Shown in pieces: positions 62,382 through 64,000 of a stretch of 64,000 bases of DNA. The translations under genes were made by a program, and so were the position numbers. Under the pieces are notes generated by a model that saw only the letters and a list, made by a program, of their open reading frames with translations, searched no databases and was not told the DNA's origin. Each line of letters starts with the position of its first letter. The first letter of the stretch is position 1. Origin of the DNA: an uncultured delta proteobacterium (GTDB lineage Bacteria > Desulfobacterota > Binatia > Bin18); the NCBI GenBank assembly GCA_963733195.1, contig CAVTCR010000009.1, forward strand, positions 96,001-160,000, read 5' to 3'.

Positions 62382-64000
62382 ATGCTATCGCCATCACAAT
62401 CCTGGTTCATCCGGTCAGGAGGAGGTTTAGCTCTCGCTGCAATCCTCATTTCGTTCGTCACCCTCATCGCCTGGACCCCGTCTTCTGGTGAGCAAGCAAC
62501 GCGTACAGCAGCAACTCCCCAGAAGCCACCACAACCTGAGTTGATGTTGCAATCACAAGCAGAGGTCGATCAGAAAAGTGCAGGTTGTGTCAGCTGTCAT
62601 CAGGGAATTGAGCCTATGCACGCCTCACCAGCAGTGCGGCTTGGTTGCACCGATTGTCATGGCGGCAATAGCCAGGCCGGCGTTGTGGCTGGAAGTTCGC
62701 AAGACGCGGCGGCTTATGAACAAGTGAAGAATCAGGCCCATGTCCAACCCCGGCATCCTGAATTCTGGCAAAAAGACGGGAAACCAACCTCAGCGAATCC
62801 GGAACGGACGTATACACGTCTCCTCAAAGAGTCTGCGGAGTTTATCCGTTTCATTAATCCCGGCGACCTGCGGATCGCCGATGAGACCTGCGGCTCGTGT
62901 CATCAAGCACAAGTCAACGCCACCAAGAAGAGCCCAATGACCACCTCTTCAATTTTCTGGGCAGCGGCTGGATACGCGAATGGAATTCTTTCGACCAAGC
63001 ACGCAATCGTTGGCGAAGCTTATATGCGAGACGGTGAGGCTGCTGCAATTATACCGAAGACTCCGCCAACAGAAGAAGAGCTGAAGAAAGGCGTTCTCCC
63101 TTCTCTCCTGCCCCTGCCCCGTTGGGAAGCATTGCAACCGGCAGATAATTTTCGTGCTTTTGAAGATGGCGGATTACTCCAACCCTCCGCATTTCCAGAA
63201 ATCGGCAACCCGAATCTGACCGATGATTCCGGCAAGCCAGACATTCGCTTGAGTAGCCGAGGACCAGGCACTGGTCTTCGCGTTAGTATTCCAGTACTGA
63301 ATCTTCACAAAACACGCCTGAATGATCCGCATTTGTCGCTGTTGGGGACCAATGATCATCCAGGTGATTATCGTTCCAGTGGTTGTACGGGGTGTCATGT
63401 CGTCTATGCCAACGACCGCGATCCGGTACGATCAGGCCCGTATGCGCAGTTCGGCCATCTCGGAAAAAGCTTCACCAATGATCCAACTATTCCGAAAGAC
63501 GAATCTGGTCATCCGATTCGTCACCGCCTCACCCGAGCGATTCCGTCGAGCCAATGCATGGTCTGTCACATGCACCAGCCGAATCAGTTCGTCAACACGT
63601 ATTACGGTTTCAACATGTGGGATTATGAATCTGACGGTGAGTTCCTGTGGCCCAAGGAGCAGAAGGATCCCACAGAAAAAGAGAAACGGATTAGTTTGGA
63701 ACACAATCCAGAAGCCGCAGCAGCGCGCGGGTTGTGGACGAACAGAGACTTTCTCGCCAAAGTCAGCGAGTTAAATCCACAACTGAAGCACACCCAGTTT
63801 TCCGACTATCACGGTCACGGCTGGGTATTCAAAGCGGCATACAAACGCGACCGCAAAGGTAATCTCCTCGACAAGAACGGTAAGATCGTCCCATTCGGAG
63901 ATCCCCAATGGGCGAAGAAAGCCGTTCACCTCATGGATATCCATTTAGAAAAAGGCATGCATTGCGTGGATTGCCACTTCACGGTTGATGCCCATGGTGG
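62382..64000 (+). CDS. Large secreted multiheme c-type cytochrome, truncated by the window end (absent from the ORF track)
   Basis: Open frame from ATG 62382 with a hydrophobic leader; six CxxCH visible (CVSCH, CTDCH, CGSCH, CTGCH, CMVCH, CVDCH), including NDHPGDYRSSGCTGCHVVYANDR. Confidence 0.88.
   Translation, partial: MLSPSQSWFIRSGGGLALAAILISFVTLIAWTPSSGEQATRTAATPQKPPQPELMLQSQAEVDQKSAGCVSCHQGIEPMHASPAVRLGCTDCHGGNSQAGVVAGSSQDAAAYEQVKNQAHVQPRHPEFWQKDGKPTSANPERTYTRLLKESAEFIRFINPGDLRIADETCGSCHQAQVNATKKSPMTTSSIFWAAAGYANGILSTKHAIVGEAYMRDGEAAAIIPKTPPTEEELKKGVLPSLLPLPRWEALQPADNFRAFEDGGLLQPSAFPEIGNPNLTDDSGKPDIRLSSRGPGTGLRVSIPVLNLHKTRLNDPHLSLLGTNDHPGDYRSSGCTGCHVVYANDRDPVRSGPYAQFGHLGKSFTNDPTIPKDESGHPIRHRLTRAIPSSQCMVCHMHQPNQFVNTYYGFNMWDYESDGEFLWPKEQKDPTEKEKRISLEHNPEAAAARGLWTNRDFLAKVSELNPQLKHTQFSDYHGHGWVFKAAYKRDRKGNLLDKNGKIVPFGDPQWAKKAVHLMDIHLEKGMHCVDCHFTVDAHG

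Noticed and set aside
1-64000. rRNA, tRNA (including tRNA-Sec), CRISPR arrays, prophage
   Set aside because: None recognised by eye; tRNAscan-SE and Infernal would be needed to exclude small RNAs.

Overview
Bacterial chromosomal or metagenomic window of moderate GC. Gene content (DUF1329 protein, F420-type LLM, crotonases, multiheme cytochromes, heptamer and REP-like repeats) suggests an uncultured deltaproteobacterial-type organism such as Binatia; this is inference only. Many genes carry single-base frameshifts, most likely long-read consensus errors. 1-22 kb: metabolic and accessory genes, including an in-frame UGA AhpD-like selenoprotein with a SECIS-like hairpin, a secreted cytochrome c/copper-monooxygenase/beta-propeller fusion, a haloalkane dehalogenase and a nest of IS5/IS1/IS701-like elements. 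22-36.5 kb: an adenylate cyclase-FHA gene followed by a pentose phosphate operon with glucokinase and a GH63-like glucosidase. 36.5-64 kb holds the most interesting part, an apparently uncharacterised envelope-spanning redox and signalling system. It comprises a 2x cNMP-binding/ferredoxin protein, a 4-His membrane protein, a 3xFHA-TM-multiheme-TM-ferredoxin-flavin oxidoreductase fusion, a giant helical-repeat Ser/Thr kinase with a PP2C phosphatase, a decaheme cytochrome, a double GlcG/HbpS heme-binding protein, an outer-membrane barrel and a large multiheme cytochrome that runs off the window end. No rRNA, tRNA or CRISPR array was recognised.
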